47,329 nt of DNA from a virus (lineage: Duplodnaviria > Caudoviricetes): IMG/VR virus record IMGVR_UViG_3300031938_000007, positions 1-47,329 of that record; one strand, given 5' to 3'. The notes below the pieces were generated by a model. The model had not been told where the DNA came from. It did no database searches and worked only from the letters and a program-made list of their open reading frames with translations. Both the position numbers and the translations under genes were made by a program. Every line of letters starts with the position of its first letter. Positions within the stretch are counted from its first letter, which is position 1. Below, piece by piece: positions 1 through 7,852 of this stretch.

Positions 1-27
1 GTCCAGTTCGGACATCGGCTGACCAGT

Positions 28-375
28 GTGCCGCTGCCTGCCGGGCTGCCCACGGTGGACCGGATCAACCGCGAGATCGAGGAGTACACCGACGTTCTAC
101 TGGGGAGGGTGGACCCACCGGTGGACAGCCCCTATCTACAGCTGATGGAGGTGGCCGCGGCATACTACGCCCGAGCCCGGGAGCTGGAGATCCTCATCTT
201 CGAGGGGGAGCAGAACGGCTCGATCAAGAAGGGCGACCCGCACTACCGGGTGCGCACCGGCCAGCTCAACAGCTTCATCGAGATGGCCCGCAAGATGTTC
301 GACCTGGGCAGCAGACGGCTGACCCAGGAGCAGTTGATCTCGGCTCAACGCCTCGACCATGGAGAACGCCTGTGA
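28..375 (+). CDS. Hypothetical phage protein (frame is open back to base 1, may be 5'-truncated)
   Basis: Phage-like codon usage; stop overlaps the start of the next gene (GTGA at 372-375). Confidence 0.7.
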   Translation: MPLPAGLPTVDRINREIEEYTDVLLGRVDPPVDSPYLQLMEVAAAYYARARELEILIFEGEQNGSIKKGDPHYRVRTGQLNSFIEMARKMFDLGSRRLTQEQLISAQRLDHGERL

Positions 376-677
376 AGCTGTACATCGCCGGTCCGATCAC
401 CGGGGTGGACAACCACCAGGTGAACTTCGACAAGGCCGCCACCACCTTGGTCGAACGCGGCTTTGAGGTGGCCAACCCCTGCTGGCTCGATGACCAGGGC
501 GCGGCCTGCGGGTGGGGCTGGGAGGACTACATGAAGGCCACCCTGACGATGATGCTGGCCTGCGATGGGGTGGCGCTGATCGAGGGCTGGGAGCGCTCCA
601 AGGGAGCCGCCCTGGAGATCCAGGTGGCCAATGGGGTGGGGATGCCGGTGCACGACGTCACAGCCTGGCTGTCGTGA
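372..677 (+). CDS. DUF4406-like / nucleoside 2-deoxyribosyltransferase-fold protein
   Basis: KLYIAGPITG...NF..A...L...G..V.NP...W..YM...L.M...CD.V..I.GWE.S.GA..E motif pattern. Confidence 0.8.
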   Translation: MKLYIAGPITGVDNHQVNFDKAATTLVERGFEVANPCWLDDQGAACGWGWEDYMKATLTMMLACDGVALIEGWERSKGAALEIQVANGVGMPVHDVTAWLS

Positions 678-1162
678 CGGTCTGGGGTGTCGACCCCGCC
701 GCCCGCAAGCTGGCCCTGTTCGGCATCAACGGTGAGCACCACCAGGTGCACATCATCACCACCCCCAAGCTGGGTCGAGGCAACGAGCTGACCCGGATGC
801 GCTACCAGCTGGAGAAGCTGCTGGGCGCCGAGGCGGACCCCATCGTGTTCTGCGAGGAGCCGGTGGTGGCCGGGGTGCGCAACCTGCGCTCGACCATCCT
901 GCTGGCCCAGACCGTGGGGATGGTGCTGGCCCTGGACGTGCCGGTCTACCTGGTCCCGGTGAGCACCTGGAAGAAGGACACCACCGGACGCGGAAACGCG
1001 GACAAAAGCGGCGTGTCGGAATGGCTTAGACTAGAGTACGAACAGTACTTTTTGTCCTGTGATGGAAACCAGGACGCTGTCGATGCCGCAGCCATCGCAA
1101 TCCACGGCATCAATGTCCTCCACCGCTCCACGGTGGATTCCGGCTCACGTAGCCATCTCTGA
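674..1162 (+). CDS. RuvC-like Holliday junction resolvase
   Basis: GTG start overlapping upstream TGA; VWGVDP (catalytic Asp), FCEEP (Glu), STWKK...G.GNADK, DAVDAAAIA. The ORF-track start at 512 is an overextension. Confidence 0.8.
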   Translation: MTVWGVDPAARKLALFGINGEHHQVHIITTPKLGRGNELTRMRYQLEKLLGAEADPIVFCEEPVVAGVRNLRSTILLAQTVGMVLALDVPVYLVPVSTWKKDTTGRGNADKSGVSEWLRLEYEQYFLSCDGNQDAVDAAAIAIHGINVLHRSTVDSGSRSHL

Positions 1163-1544
1163 GGAAATCACCCACGACGAAGAAGAGCCCAAGTCCTATC
1201 GCGGCATCACCTCGATGTGGCCCGAATGGCATGCCAAGGCCAAGTGCCTGGGGGATCTGGGCACCACGTTCTTTGGCTCTCCCGAGCCCAATGAGCGACC
1301 GCCCTATACGACCAGTGACATCAAGGCGGCCAAGTCCAAGTGCGCCACCTGCCCGGTGTTCGAGCTGTGCCTGCGCCAGTCGATCAACGGGTTCGAGGAG
1401 TACGGGGTCTGGGCAGGCACCACCACCAAGGAGCGCCAGAAGTACTTCAGAATGATTCGCAAGGGTCAGGCCACCACTGACGAGATCATCGACTACTTGC
1501 TGGAGCGAAGAGATGCCCACCGACGTGCAGCGGCCGCCCTCTGA
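1059..1544 (+). CDS. whiB: WhiB family Fe-S transcription factor (start uncertain; ATG 1113 also possible)
   Basis: Four Cys (AKC...KCATCPVFELC) followed by the EYGVWAG turn motif. Confidence 0.9.
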   Translation: MMETRTLSMPQPSQSTASMSSTAPRWIPAHVAISEEITHDEEEPKSYRGITSMWPEWHAKAKCLGDLGTTFFGSPEPNERPPYTTSDIKAAKSKCATCPVFELCLRQSINGFEEYGVWAGTTTKERQKYFRMIRKGQATTDEIIDYLLERRDAHRRAAAAL

Positions 1545-1983
1545 GAAGGAGCTGGCTCGCCAGATCTACCACCTGCGCACCGGCGGGGTGCCGTTCGTGG
1601 AGATCGCCGACCAGATGCAGACCTCCACCGCGGTGGTCATCGAGTACTACCGCGGCTACGTGGTCGAGGCGGCCAAGTCACTGACCACCGACGAGCGCAG
1701 GCTGGCCATCGCCACTGAGCTCAACCGGCTGGACTCGCTGCAGAGCGCCTACTGGAACGACGCCCTGTCCGGGGAGGTCAAGAGCGCCGAGTTCGTGCTC
1801 AAGGTGATGACCCACCGGGCCAAGCTGATGGGGCTGGACCAGCTGGGCAGCGGGGAGCAGACCGAGGGTGCCCGGGTGCTCATCGTCGGCGGGGACCAGG
1901 CCAGCTTCCTGGCTGCCTTGCAGGCCGGGCGCGCCCAGCACGCCCTGACTGGTGAGGCCATCGAAGATGGAGATGATCGCTAG
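1513..1983 (+). CDS. terS: Putative terminase small subunit (HTH N-terminus)
   Basis: HTH-like YHLRTGGVPFVEIADQM, ELNRLDSLQ..W, RAKLMGLD pattern typical of actinophage terS; lies upstream of terL. Confidence 0.65.
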   Translation: MPTDVQRPPSEKELARQIYHLRTGGVPFVEIADQMQTSTAVVIEYYRGYVVEAAKSLTTDERRLAIATELNRLDSLQSAYWNDALSGEVKSAEFVLKVMTHRAKLMGLDQLGSGEQTEGARVLIVGGDQASFLAALQAGRAQHALTGEAIEDGDDR

Positions 1984-1991
1984 GAGGCCAG

Positions 1992-2354
1992 ATGAGTGTT
2001 GCCGCAGTGGTGGACCTGGAGGCTGACCAGGGCGCCGACTTCGGGTTCCAGCTCTACTGGCTCGACCCCACCATGACGCCGTACCAGCTGCTCGAACCCA
2101 TGCGGATGGAGGTTCGCCGCCTGGACGACCTGCAGCTGGTCACCGCGGTATCCAGCGGCGCCGGGATCACCTTCAACCCCGCCGGGGGACTGATCCAGGT
2201 GCTCATCCCGGCCAGTACCACCGACACCATCAAGGCCGACACCTACGTGTACGACCTGTTCGTCAGCTACCAGGAGAACCCCACCTCCACCCGTCGGCGG
2301 CGGTTGATCCGCGGCCGGTTCATCCTCAACCAGAAGGTCACTCAGACGCTATGA
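1992..2354 (+). CDS. Virion structural protein, BppU-N / Ig-like domain
   Basis: RBS AGGAGG; DLEADQGADF...MEVR...YVYDL...RLIRG.F pattern of beta-rich tail-associated domains. Confidence 0.55.
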   Translation: MSVAAVVDLEADQGADFGFQLYWLDPTMTPYQLLEPMRMEVRRLDDLQLVTAVSSGAGITFNPAGGLIQVLIPASTTDTIKADTYVYDLFVSYQENPTSTRRRRLIRGRFILNQKVTQTL

Positions 2355-3055
2355 GCAACCAGGTCATCCGTCTGATCACCGGGGACACCATCGAGGTGCG
2401 CACCGGGGCGATCCAGGGCATCGGCCCCGAGGGACCTCAGGGCGAGGTTGGCCCGATGGGCCCGCAGGGTGCCCAGGGCGACACCGGCGCCACCGGAGCC
2501 ACCGGCCCGATGGGCCTGGTCGGCGACTACGGCACCATCTTGACCCTGGGTGGGGCGATCAGCGTGGCGGACAACACCCCGACCAAGCTGAAGTTCCTGT
2601 CCACCGTGCTGGACCACATCAGCGGGGCGATCGACAACAGCGGCGCCTCGACCAAGCTGCTGCTGCCCGCGGGCAACTACTTCGTGTCCGGCTGGGCTGC
2701 CTGGGCCCAGCCCTCGGGCACCGCGGTGGGCTACCGGGAGATCGACCTGCAGTACAACACCACCAGCGTGGCCGGAAGCTGCCAGGCACCGGTGGCCAAG
2801 ACGATGAAGGTCGGCGGGGCCACGGTGCTGGTCTCGGTGGGCACCAGCGCCTGGCTCGATGTCACGGTGACCCACACCCAGGGCAGCGCGCTGTCGTTGG
2901 CCGACGCCCGACTGGCCGTGTGTGCCGTGGGACCGGGCCCAGTTGGCCCTGTGGGGCCCGCAGGACCGGCTGGCCCAGAGGGACCGGCCAGCACCGTTCC
3001 CGGGCCCGCAGGAACGCTCTCAGCGACCACCACCTTCGCGGATCTGGGTGGCTGA
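2351..3055 (+). CDS. Collagen-like (Gly-X-Y) minor tail/fibre protein
   Basis: Gly-X-Y repeats (GPEGPQGEVGPMGPQGAQGDTG; GPVGPVGPAGPAGPEGPA) flanking a beta-rich domain. Confidence 0.8.
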   Translation: MSNQVIRLITGDTIEVRTGAIQGIGPEGPQGEVGPMGPQGAQGDTGATGATGPMGLVGDYGTILTLGGAISVADNTPTKLKFLSTVLDHISGAIDNSGASTKLLLPAGNYFVSGWAAWAQPSGTAVGYREIDLQYNTTSVAGSCQAPVAKTMKVGGATVLVSVGTSAWLDVTVTHTQGSALSLADARLAVCAVGPGPVGPVGPAGPAGPEGPASTVPGPAGTLSATTTFADLGG

Positions 3056-3411
3056 TGCTGGACCGTCAACTGCGTCTGAGCCAGCGCGCCCCCGCCCAGG
3101 TCTCGGCGCTGCCGCTGGACTACGTGCTGTCCCGTGGCGGCATCCCGGTGGACTGCACCGGGGAGCTGAGCGCGGTCTACACCGGGGGACTGACTCTGGT
3201 GCGCGGCATCTTCACCCTGATCGGCTCGGCACCCAGCGGCGACTGGACCCTGAGCCACACCCTGAGCGCCATCGGTCATGGGGTGTGGATCCAGACCGGC
3301 AGCGCCACCGGGCTCAGCCCGGCCCTGTTCGTGGCCGGGATGACCACCACCTTGTCGACCCTGCCCGGTGCCAGCACCGGGGACCTGATCACCATCCAAG
3401 GAGTGCTCTAG
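3055..3411 (+). CDS. Putative minor tail protein
   Basis: ATG overlapping upstream TGA; G/T/S-rich beta-strand-like sequence; lies within a run of structural-like genes. Confidence 0.55.
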   Translation: MLDRQLRLSQRAPAQVSALPLDYVLSRGGIPVDCTGELSAVYTGGLTLVRGIFTLIGSAPSGDWTLSHTLSAIGHGVWIQTGSATGLSPALFVAGMTTTLSTLPGASTGDLITIQGVL

Positions 3412-3749
3412 TGGCCATCTTGAACACCCCGATCCAGAAGCTGCCCTACCCGGACGAGAACAGCCTGATCAACTCGGTGGATGAGTACATCCGCAACCTG
3501 GCCAAGGCGCTGGAGACCAAGCTGGTGATGGTCTTCGTCTCGGCCAGCGACCGGGACACCACGCTGCCCGCGGGCTCACGCACCGAGGGGATGATGGCCT
3601 GGCTGCAGGACACCAACAAACTGCACCTGTTCGACGGCACGGACTGGAAGCAGATCTACCCGCCCAGCCCGAACATCACCACCGGCACCACGCTGCCCTC
3701 GATCTCCACCGGCGCGGTGGGTGACATCTACATCCAGTACGGCGTCTGA
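3411..3749 (+). CDS. Putative minor tail protein
   Basis: GTG overlapping TAG; TP...LPYP, F.S...RD...EGM.AW..DT..L..FDG..W and G..GDIYIQY motifs typical of actinophage tail-fibre modules. Confidence 0.7.
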   Translation: MAILNTPIQKLPYPDENSLINSVDEYIRNLAKALETKLVMVFVSASDRDTTLPAGSRTEGMMAWLQDTNKLHLFDGTDWKQIYPPSPNITTGTTLPSISTGAVGDIYIQYGV

Positions 3750-4744
3750 TGTCCACCGGCCAGCTGTGGACCCTGGTGGCCACCCCCACCGACGTGGGGA
3801 CCTCGATCCGGTGGCGCAACGACACCGCGATCAGCGTGCAGTCCGGCTCCGGGCAGCGACCGGTGGCCAAGATCTACCAGCGTGCCGCGGCCAGCTGGAC
3901 GCTGCTGTACGAGCGGGATGTCACGCCCCCGGCCATGCCGTTGTCGCTGACCGCCACGCTGAGCGGCTCCACGCTGACCATGACCGCCAAGGCCCCGGCC
4001 GATGCCGACATGGCCTCGATCGCCTTCCGCTGGTCCACCACCGGCTACCCGACCTCGCCGACCTCTGGGGGCGGTGGCAGCGTGGCAGCCGGGCCCTCGG
4101 CCACGGTCAGCGCCAGCTATGCCAACCAGACCAGCGGCACGGTGCTGTACTGGGCGGTCTTTGCCATCGACACCAGCGGCAACTACTCCACCCCTCGGCT
4201 GCTGAAGTACACCGTGCCGACCATCGCCTCGGCCCCCACCACGGTGACCAAGAGCGCCTACGTCTACGCCACCGACTCGGCCTCGTGGAACGACGTGAGC
4301 GGCTACTGGCGCACCGACAACGACTACGTCTACCAGGGCGGGGACGCCTACCACGGGCTGTGGTTCTACTCCACCCGGATCAGCGCCCTGCTGGCCAAGG
4401 CCAAGACCATCGAGGCCTTCTCGATCACCATCACCCGGGCCAACACTGTGCATGGCGTCCCCGGGGGTGCCAACGTCTACCTGACCGCCCACACCGCCAC
4501 CGCCCAGCCCAGCGGCAGCCCGCAGGCCAACGACTCCAACGGGGCCTACGTGGGCACCCTGACCCGCGGGCAGACCGACACCTTTGCCGTCCCCAGTGGC
4601 TACTGGGCCAGCTTCCTGGGCGGCACCTACAAGGGCTTCGGGCTGTATGCCGGGACCACCTCCTATACCGATCCCAAGTACTTGTACGCCCTGGGCGGCG
4701 CCAACGCCGTCAGCGGCCGGGTGTACCTGAAATGGACCGAGTAA
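3749..4744 (+). CDS. Putative minor tail protein (Fn3-like plus C-terminal beta domain)
   Basis: DVTPP...YW.VFA.D.SGN.S Fn3-like pattern; YQGG...GLWFY C-terminal pattern; S/T/G rich. Confidence 0.7.
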   Translation: MSTGQLWTLVATPTDVGTSIRWRNDTAISVQSGSGQRPVAKIYQRAAASWTLLYERDVTPPAMPLSLTATLSGSTLTMTAKAPADADMASIAFRWSTTGYPTSPTSGGGGSVAAGPSATVSASYANQTSGTVLYWAVFAIDTSGNYSTPRLLKYTVPTIASAPTTVTKSAYVYATDSASWNDVSGYWRTDNDYVYQGGDAYHGLWFYSTRISALLAKAKTIEAFSITITRANTVHGVPGGANVYLTAHTATAQPSGSPQANDSNGAYVGTLTRGQTDTFAVPSGYWASFLGGTYKGFGLYAGTTSYTDPKYLYALGGANAVSGRVYLKWTE

Positions 4745-4763
4745 GAGAGAGGAGGGCTAACCC

Positions 4764-4859
4764 ATGCGCCAAGTTCCGGGCTTTGTCTGGTTCATCGTCG
4801 TGGTCATCTTGATCCTGCTGCTGTTCCTGCTGGTGGGACACCCGATCAAGATCGGCTGA
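4764..4859 (+). CDS. Small single-pass membrane peptide (31 aa, MRQVPGFVWFIVVVILILLLFLLVGHPIKIG), below the ORF-track cutoff
   Basis: Strong RBS GAGAGGAGGG upstream, ATG 4764, TGA 4857-4859, one hydrophobic helix. Confidence 0.6.
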   Translation: MRQVPGFVWFIVVVILILLLFLLVGHPIKIG

Positions 4860-4868
4860 CAGGGTGGA

Positions 4869-4874
4869 TAGACT
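4869..4874 (+). promoter_or_regulatory. Candidate -10 hexamer (TAGACT) for leaderless terL transcript
   Basis: TANNNT exactly 6 nt before ATG 4881; no clear SD at normal spacing. Confidence 0.5.
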
Positions 4875-4880
4875 GTAAAC

Positions 4881-7127
4881 ATGACGGTCACGTTCCCCAG
4901 CTCCTATCAGCTGACCCGGCCGCCCAGGAATGACGACGAGCTCTACTCCTTGGTCCAGGCGCTGTGGAACGTGACCATCCCCCGCGGCAAGCACTGCCCG
5001 CACCACCAGGCGCCGTTCGACGCCTTCGCCACGGCCTTCTTCGCCCGTGAGCCCCAGGTGCTGGTGCGTGGCAGTCGAGGCCTGTCCGGCAAGACCCAGA
5101 TGATGAGTTGCCTGGGGCTGACCCAGGCGGTGGTGCTCGGGGCGGACAACAACATCGTGGGTGGCTCGGAGATGCAGGCCATCAACGCCCTGGAGCACAT
5201 GAAGAAGATGTGGTCCTTCCACAGCGCGCCCAAGTACATGATCCGCAAGGACCAGACCACCCGGATCGAGCTGCACAACGACGCGGTGATCCGCCCGCTG
5301 ACCGCCTCCGAGCGCAGCGTGCGTGGCCCGCACCCGCAGCGGCTGCTGCTGGATGAGATCGACGAGATGGACGAGAACATCCTGGAGTCCGCCAAGGGCC
5401 AGCCGATGCCCCAGGACAACTGGCTCGGGGTGCGCATCCCCCAGCAGACCACCATGGTGTCCACGCTGCAGTACGCCGACGGCACCATGATGAAGGAGAT
5501 GGCCCGGTTCGAGGACGAGGGCCTGCCGGTCATGGAGTGGTCCCTGGCCGAGGGCACCCAGGTGACCACCCAGGCCGGGATCAAGAACATCGAGGACGTG
5601 CTGCTCACCGACAAGATGCTCACCCGAGGGGGGTGGAAGCCTGTCCAGCACGTCAGCCGGATGGGCTACAAAACCACCATTAGCATCCAGCTGAGCAACG
5701 GCAAGACGTTGCGACTTACTCCCGAGCACAAGGTGGCGACCCCCTCAGGATGGGCCCGCGCCGACAGCCTTGAGCCGAGCTCGCCAGTTCTTGGTCTGCT
5801 CTCGGACGCACGTACGGCAGTGCCTGCGGTTGTCACTGGGGGCCACGTAGGTATTTTCCGGGGTGTACTCATGGTTCCGGGGGCAGTGCGTGCGTGCCAG
5901 CTGTGCGGCGATGTGGGGTGCGCGGAGCATGTTCGTCCGATGGCTCGTGTCCTCCAGGTGGCTGGGGTTGACACAAGCGTGGACTCGACACAGGTGGTCG
6001 ATCTCCCCATCGATGGGGCCGATGAAACAGGCGTAGGACAGCCGATGGGCCTTGGCATGCCCCCAGGTCTTGCGGTTGACGATCCCGTAGCCGTCCTTGT
6101 CTCTAGCTCCGATCCACAGCCAACAGCCGTTCATGTCGATCGAGATGGACTGCCGTACCCGAGCTTGACCACGCATACGGTTCTCGGTATCAGTCATGGT
6201 GCTACCGTACCGGTCTGGGACATTGGGGTGGAAGAAGACCACGAGTTCGTGGCCGAGGGCGTGGTGGTCCACAACTGCTACCTGGACACCATGTACGCCA
6301 AGGACGGCTGGCTGTCCGAGGAGTTCGTCACCCAGAAGAAGCGCGAGGTCTCCCGGGAGCGCTGGCGGGTGGAGTACGAGCTGGGCGAGCCCTCCATCGG
6401 CAACCGTGCCTTCGACTCCTCCTCGGTCGAGCAGGTCTTCTCCCTGCCCTGCCCCGAGCCGATCAAGTCCAGCCGGGAGTGGGAGGAGTACAAGACCGCC
6501 GACCCCAAGGACGACCGGGACTACGTCATCGCCGCGGACTGGGCCCAGGCCGTGGACAAGACGGTCATCAGTGTCTGGGATGTGACCTACGAGCCCATCG
6601 AGATGGTCTACTTCGTGTCCTTCAACCGGCTGCCCTACCCCAAGATGATCGGCAAGTTCAACGACCTGCAGAAGCGCTACCGGGCCCAGGGCATCCACGA
6701 CGCCACCGGGCTGGGCCGGGTGGTCTCCGACCTGATCGACGGCCGGGTGCGCGACTTCGTGATGGCCGGGCGCGAGCGAGACGACATGCTGTCCGAGTAC
6801 GTCACCGGGGTGGAGAACGGCAAGATCGTCGCCCCGCGGATCGGCAGCATGTACCGCGACCACCTGTACGCCTCGGTGGAGGACCTGTACTCCCGGGGCA
6901 AGGACTACCACCTGCCCGACAGCGTGTGCAGCGCGGCACTGGCCTGGAAGCTGGTCAGCCACAAGTTCCCGGTGGTCTCCCCGGTGGGCCTGCCACGCAC
7001 CGACACCACCTGGATGGCCCGCCAGATCGAGCAGGGCACCGAGCACCTGCATGGCTCCTCGCACTGGCGTCCCGAGGGCGACGTGCGCTCCACCGAGACG
7101 GAGGACCTGAGTTGGCAGTTGAGCTGA
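4881..7127 (+). CDS. terL: Terminase large subunit, interrupted by an intein
   Basis: Walker A-like RGSRGLSGKT, Walker B LLLDEID, motif III VSTL, nuclease VIAADWA...D, DATGLG, C-terminal PDSVCSAALA. Confidence 0.92.
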   Translation: MTVTFPSSYQLTRPPRNDDELYSLVQALWNVTIPRGKHCPHHQAPFDAFATAFFAREPQVLVRGSRGLSGKTQMMSCLGLTQAVVLGADNNIVGGSEMQAINALEHMKKMWSFHSAPKYMIRKDQTTRIELHNDAVIRPLTASERSVRGPHPQRLLLDEIDEMDENILESAKGQPMPQDNWLGVRIPQQTTMVSTLQYADGTMMKEMARFEDEGLPVMEWSLAEGTQVTTQAGIKNIEDVLLTDKMLTRGGWKPVQHVSRMGYKTTISIQLSNGKTLRLTPEHKVATPSGWARADSLEPSSPVLGLLSDARTAVPAVVTGGHVGIFRGVLMVPGAVRACQLCGDVGCAEHVRPMARVLQVAGVDTSVDSTQVVDLPIDGADETGVGQPMGLGMPPGLAVDDPVAVLVSSSDPQPTAVHVDRDGLPYPSLTTHTVLGISHGATVPVWDIGVEEDHEFVAEGVVVHNCYLDTMYAKDGWLSEEFVTQKKREVSRERWRVEYELGEPSIGNRAFDSSSVEQVFSLPCPEPIKSSREWEEYKTADPKDDRDYVIAADWAQAVDKTVISVWDVTYEPIEMVYFVSFNRLPYPKMIGKFNDLQKRYRAQGIHDATGLGRVVSDLIDGRVRDFVMAGRERDDMLSEYVTGVENGKIVAPRIGSMYRDHLYASVEDLYSRGKDYHLPDSVCSAALAWKLVSHKFPVVSPVGLPRTDTTWMARQIEQGTEHLHGSSHWRPEGDVRSTETEDLSWQLS
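5745..6197 (-). CDS. HNH homing endonuclease (150 aa) encoded antisense inside the terL intein
   Basis: GCWLWIGA..KDGYG...AHRLSY..FIGPI..EIDHLCRVHACVNPSHLE...NMLR, plus THCPRNHEYTPENTY...RHCRTC zinc-binding tail; ATG 6197 (alternative 6176), TGA 5747-5745. Confidence 0.88.
   Translation of the reverse strand: MTDTENRMRGQARVRQSISIDMNGCWLWIGARDKDGYGIVNRKTWGHAKAHRLSYACFIGPIDGEIDHLCRVHACVNPSHLEDTSHRTNMLRAPHIAAQLARTHCPRNHEYTPENTYVAPSDNRRHCRTCVREQTKNWRARLKAVGAGPS
6204..6209 (-). promoter_or_regulatory. Candidate -10 hexamer (TACGGT) for leaderless antisense HNH transcript
   Basis: Minus strand reads ggTACGGT-agcacc-ATG, the same TANNNT + 6 nt + ATG geometry as at terL and at 7379. Confidence 0.5.
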
Positions 7128-7336
7128 GCCAGACCCAACACGACCTGCTCACCGAGCTGCGTCACCAGCACTGGGCCGAGTCCAAGGCCCGGGCCGAGGT
7201 GGACCGGTTGACCCTGGCCGCCAAGGAGGCCGGGATCAGCGCCGGGGTGCTGTCCCAGGTGCTGGGGATCAAGCCCAGCGCGGTGAACAGCCGGATCTAC
7301 CAGCTGCGCCAGCAGACCCCCTCGCTGTTCGAGTGA
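7112..7336 (+). CDS. Small HTH DNA-binding protein (start approximate)
   Basis: AKEAGISAGVLSQVLGIKPSAVNSRIYQL HTH-like pattern; TTG at 7112 with GGAGGA upstream. Confidence 0.6.
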   Translation: MAVELSQTQHDLLTELRHQHWAESKARAEVDRLTLAAKEAGISAGVLSQVLGIKPSAVNSRIYQLRQQTPSLFE

Positions 7337-7344
7337 GACCAGGT

Positions 7345-7358
7345 TGTTAACGTTAACA
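7345..7358. promoter_or_regulatory. Perfect 14-bp AT-rich palindrome TGTTAACGTTAACA, candidate operator
   Basis: Perfect inverted repeat in an intergenic gap, 8 nt upstream of the TAGGGT -10 candidate (7367-7372) and the ATG at 7379. Confidence 0.6.
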
Positions 7359-7378
7359 GTAAGGACTAGGGTCGAGGT

Positions 7379-7609
7379 ATGAGCAGGACCACCGTGTTGG
7401 GGATGCGGGCCAAGCCGGAGCAGGCCGCCTGGATCACCGACAAGGCCAAGTCGCTGGACGTGACCGTCACCGAGCTGATGCGCCTGATGCTGGCCTACGC
7501 CGCGATGCACATGTCGGAGCAGGACTACCAGGAGACGAAGTGGACAACTCTCAACCGTGGAATGACCCCCAGTTCCTCACCAGCGACGCGGTCTACCAAG
7601 ACGTCGTGA
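7379..7609 (+). CDS. Putative ribbon-helix-helix DNA-binding protein
   Basis: Alternating strand TTVLGMR then helices PEQAAWITDKAKSL / TVTELMRLML, a CopG/Arc-like pattern. Confidence 0.55.
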   Translation: MSRTTVLGMRAKPEQAAWITDKAKSLDVTVTELMRLMLAYAAMHMSEQDYQETKWTTLNRGMTPSSSPATRSTKTS

Positions 7610-7842
7610 ACCATCTACGGGCTGTACAGGCCGACGACACTGAAGGTGTCAACCGGCTCAAGCGAAGGGCAGCCATGAAGGGCGGACAGGTCACCGTGGA
7701 GGTGCAACGCACCGACACCGAGGTCCGGCTGATCATCGGCGCTGGGGAGCACAAGACCATCTACAAGCTGGGCGCCAAGCTGGCTCGTGAGGTGGGCGAG
7801 GAGCTCTACCGGGAGGGCTGCAACCTCCAGCCGGGCGTCTAG
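7540..7842 (+). CDS. Hypothetical protein
   Basis: GTG start with GGAG upstream; phage-like codon usage. Confidence 0.55.
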   Translation: MDNSQPWNDPQFLTSDAVYQDVVNHLRAVQADDTEGVNRLKRRAAMKGGQVTVEVQRTDTEVRLIIGAGEHKTIYKLGAKLAREVGEELYREGCNLQPGV

Positions 7843-7852
7843 AGTCGAGCCC

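Larger units (their letters stand above)
5541..6275 (+). mobile_element. Intein (245 aa, Ser1...His-Asn, Cys+1) in terL
   Basis: Block A SLAEGTQV, block B LRLTPEHKV, block F VWDIGVEEDHEFVAEG, block G VVHN/C; residues 221-465 of the terL ORF. Confidence 0.93.

Noticed and set aside
674-700. VWGVDP at the start of the RuvC-like gene resembles SVWGVDH
   Set aside because: This is the RuvC first catalytic strand (GxDP) and lacks the acidic spacer and VxK site; the similarity is coincidental.
2420-3010. Repetitive GGN-CCN DNA as a possible repeat array or CRISPR
   Set aside because: Explained by collagen Gly-X-Y coding; no repeat-spacer structure.
5541-6275. Possible class 3 intein because it does not start with Cys
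   Set aside because: It starts with Ser, has Asp at block F position 4 and lacks the Trp-Cys-Thr signature, consistent with class 1.
6198-7064. N-terminal 289 aa of the 439-aa minus-strand ORF 5745..7064
   Set aside because: Shadow of terL codons. Only the part from ATG 6197 has HNH motifs, so the gene was trimmed to 5745-6197.
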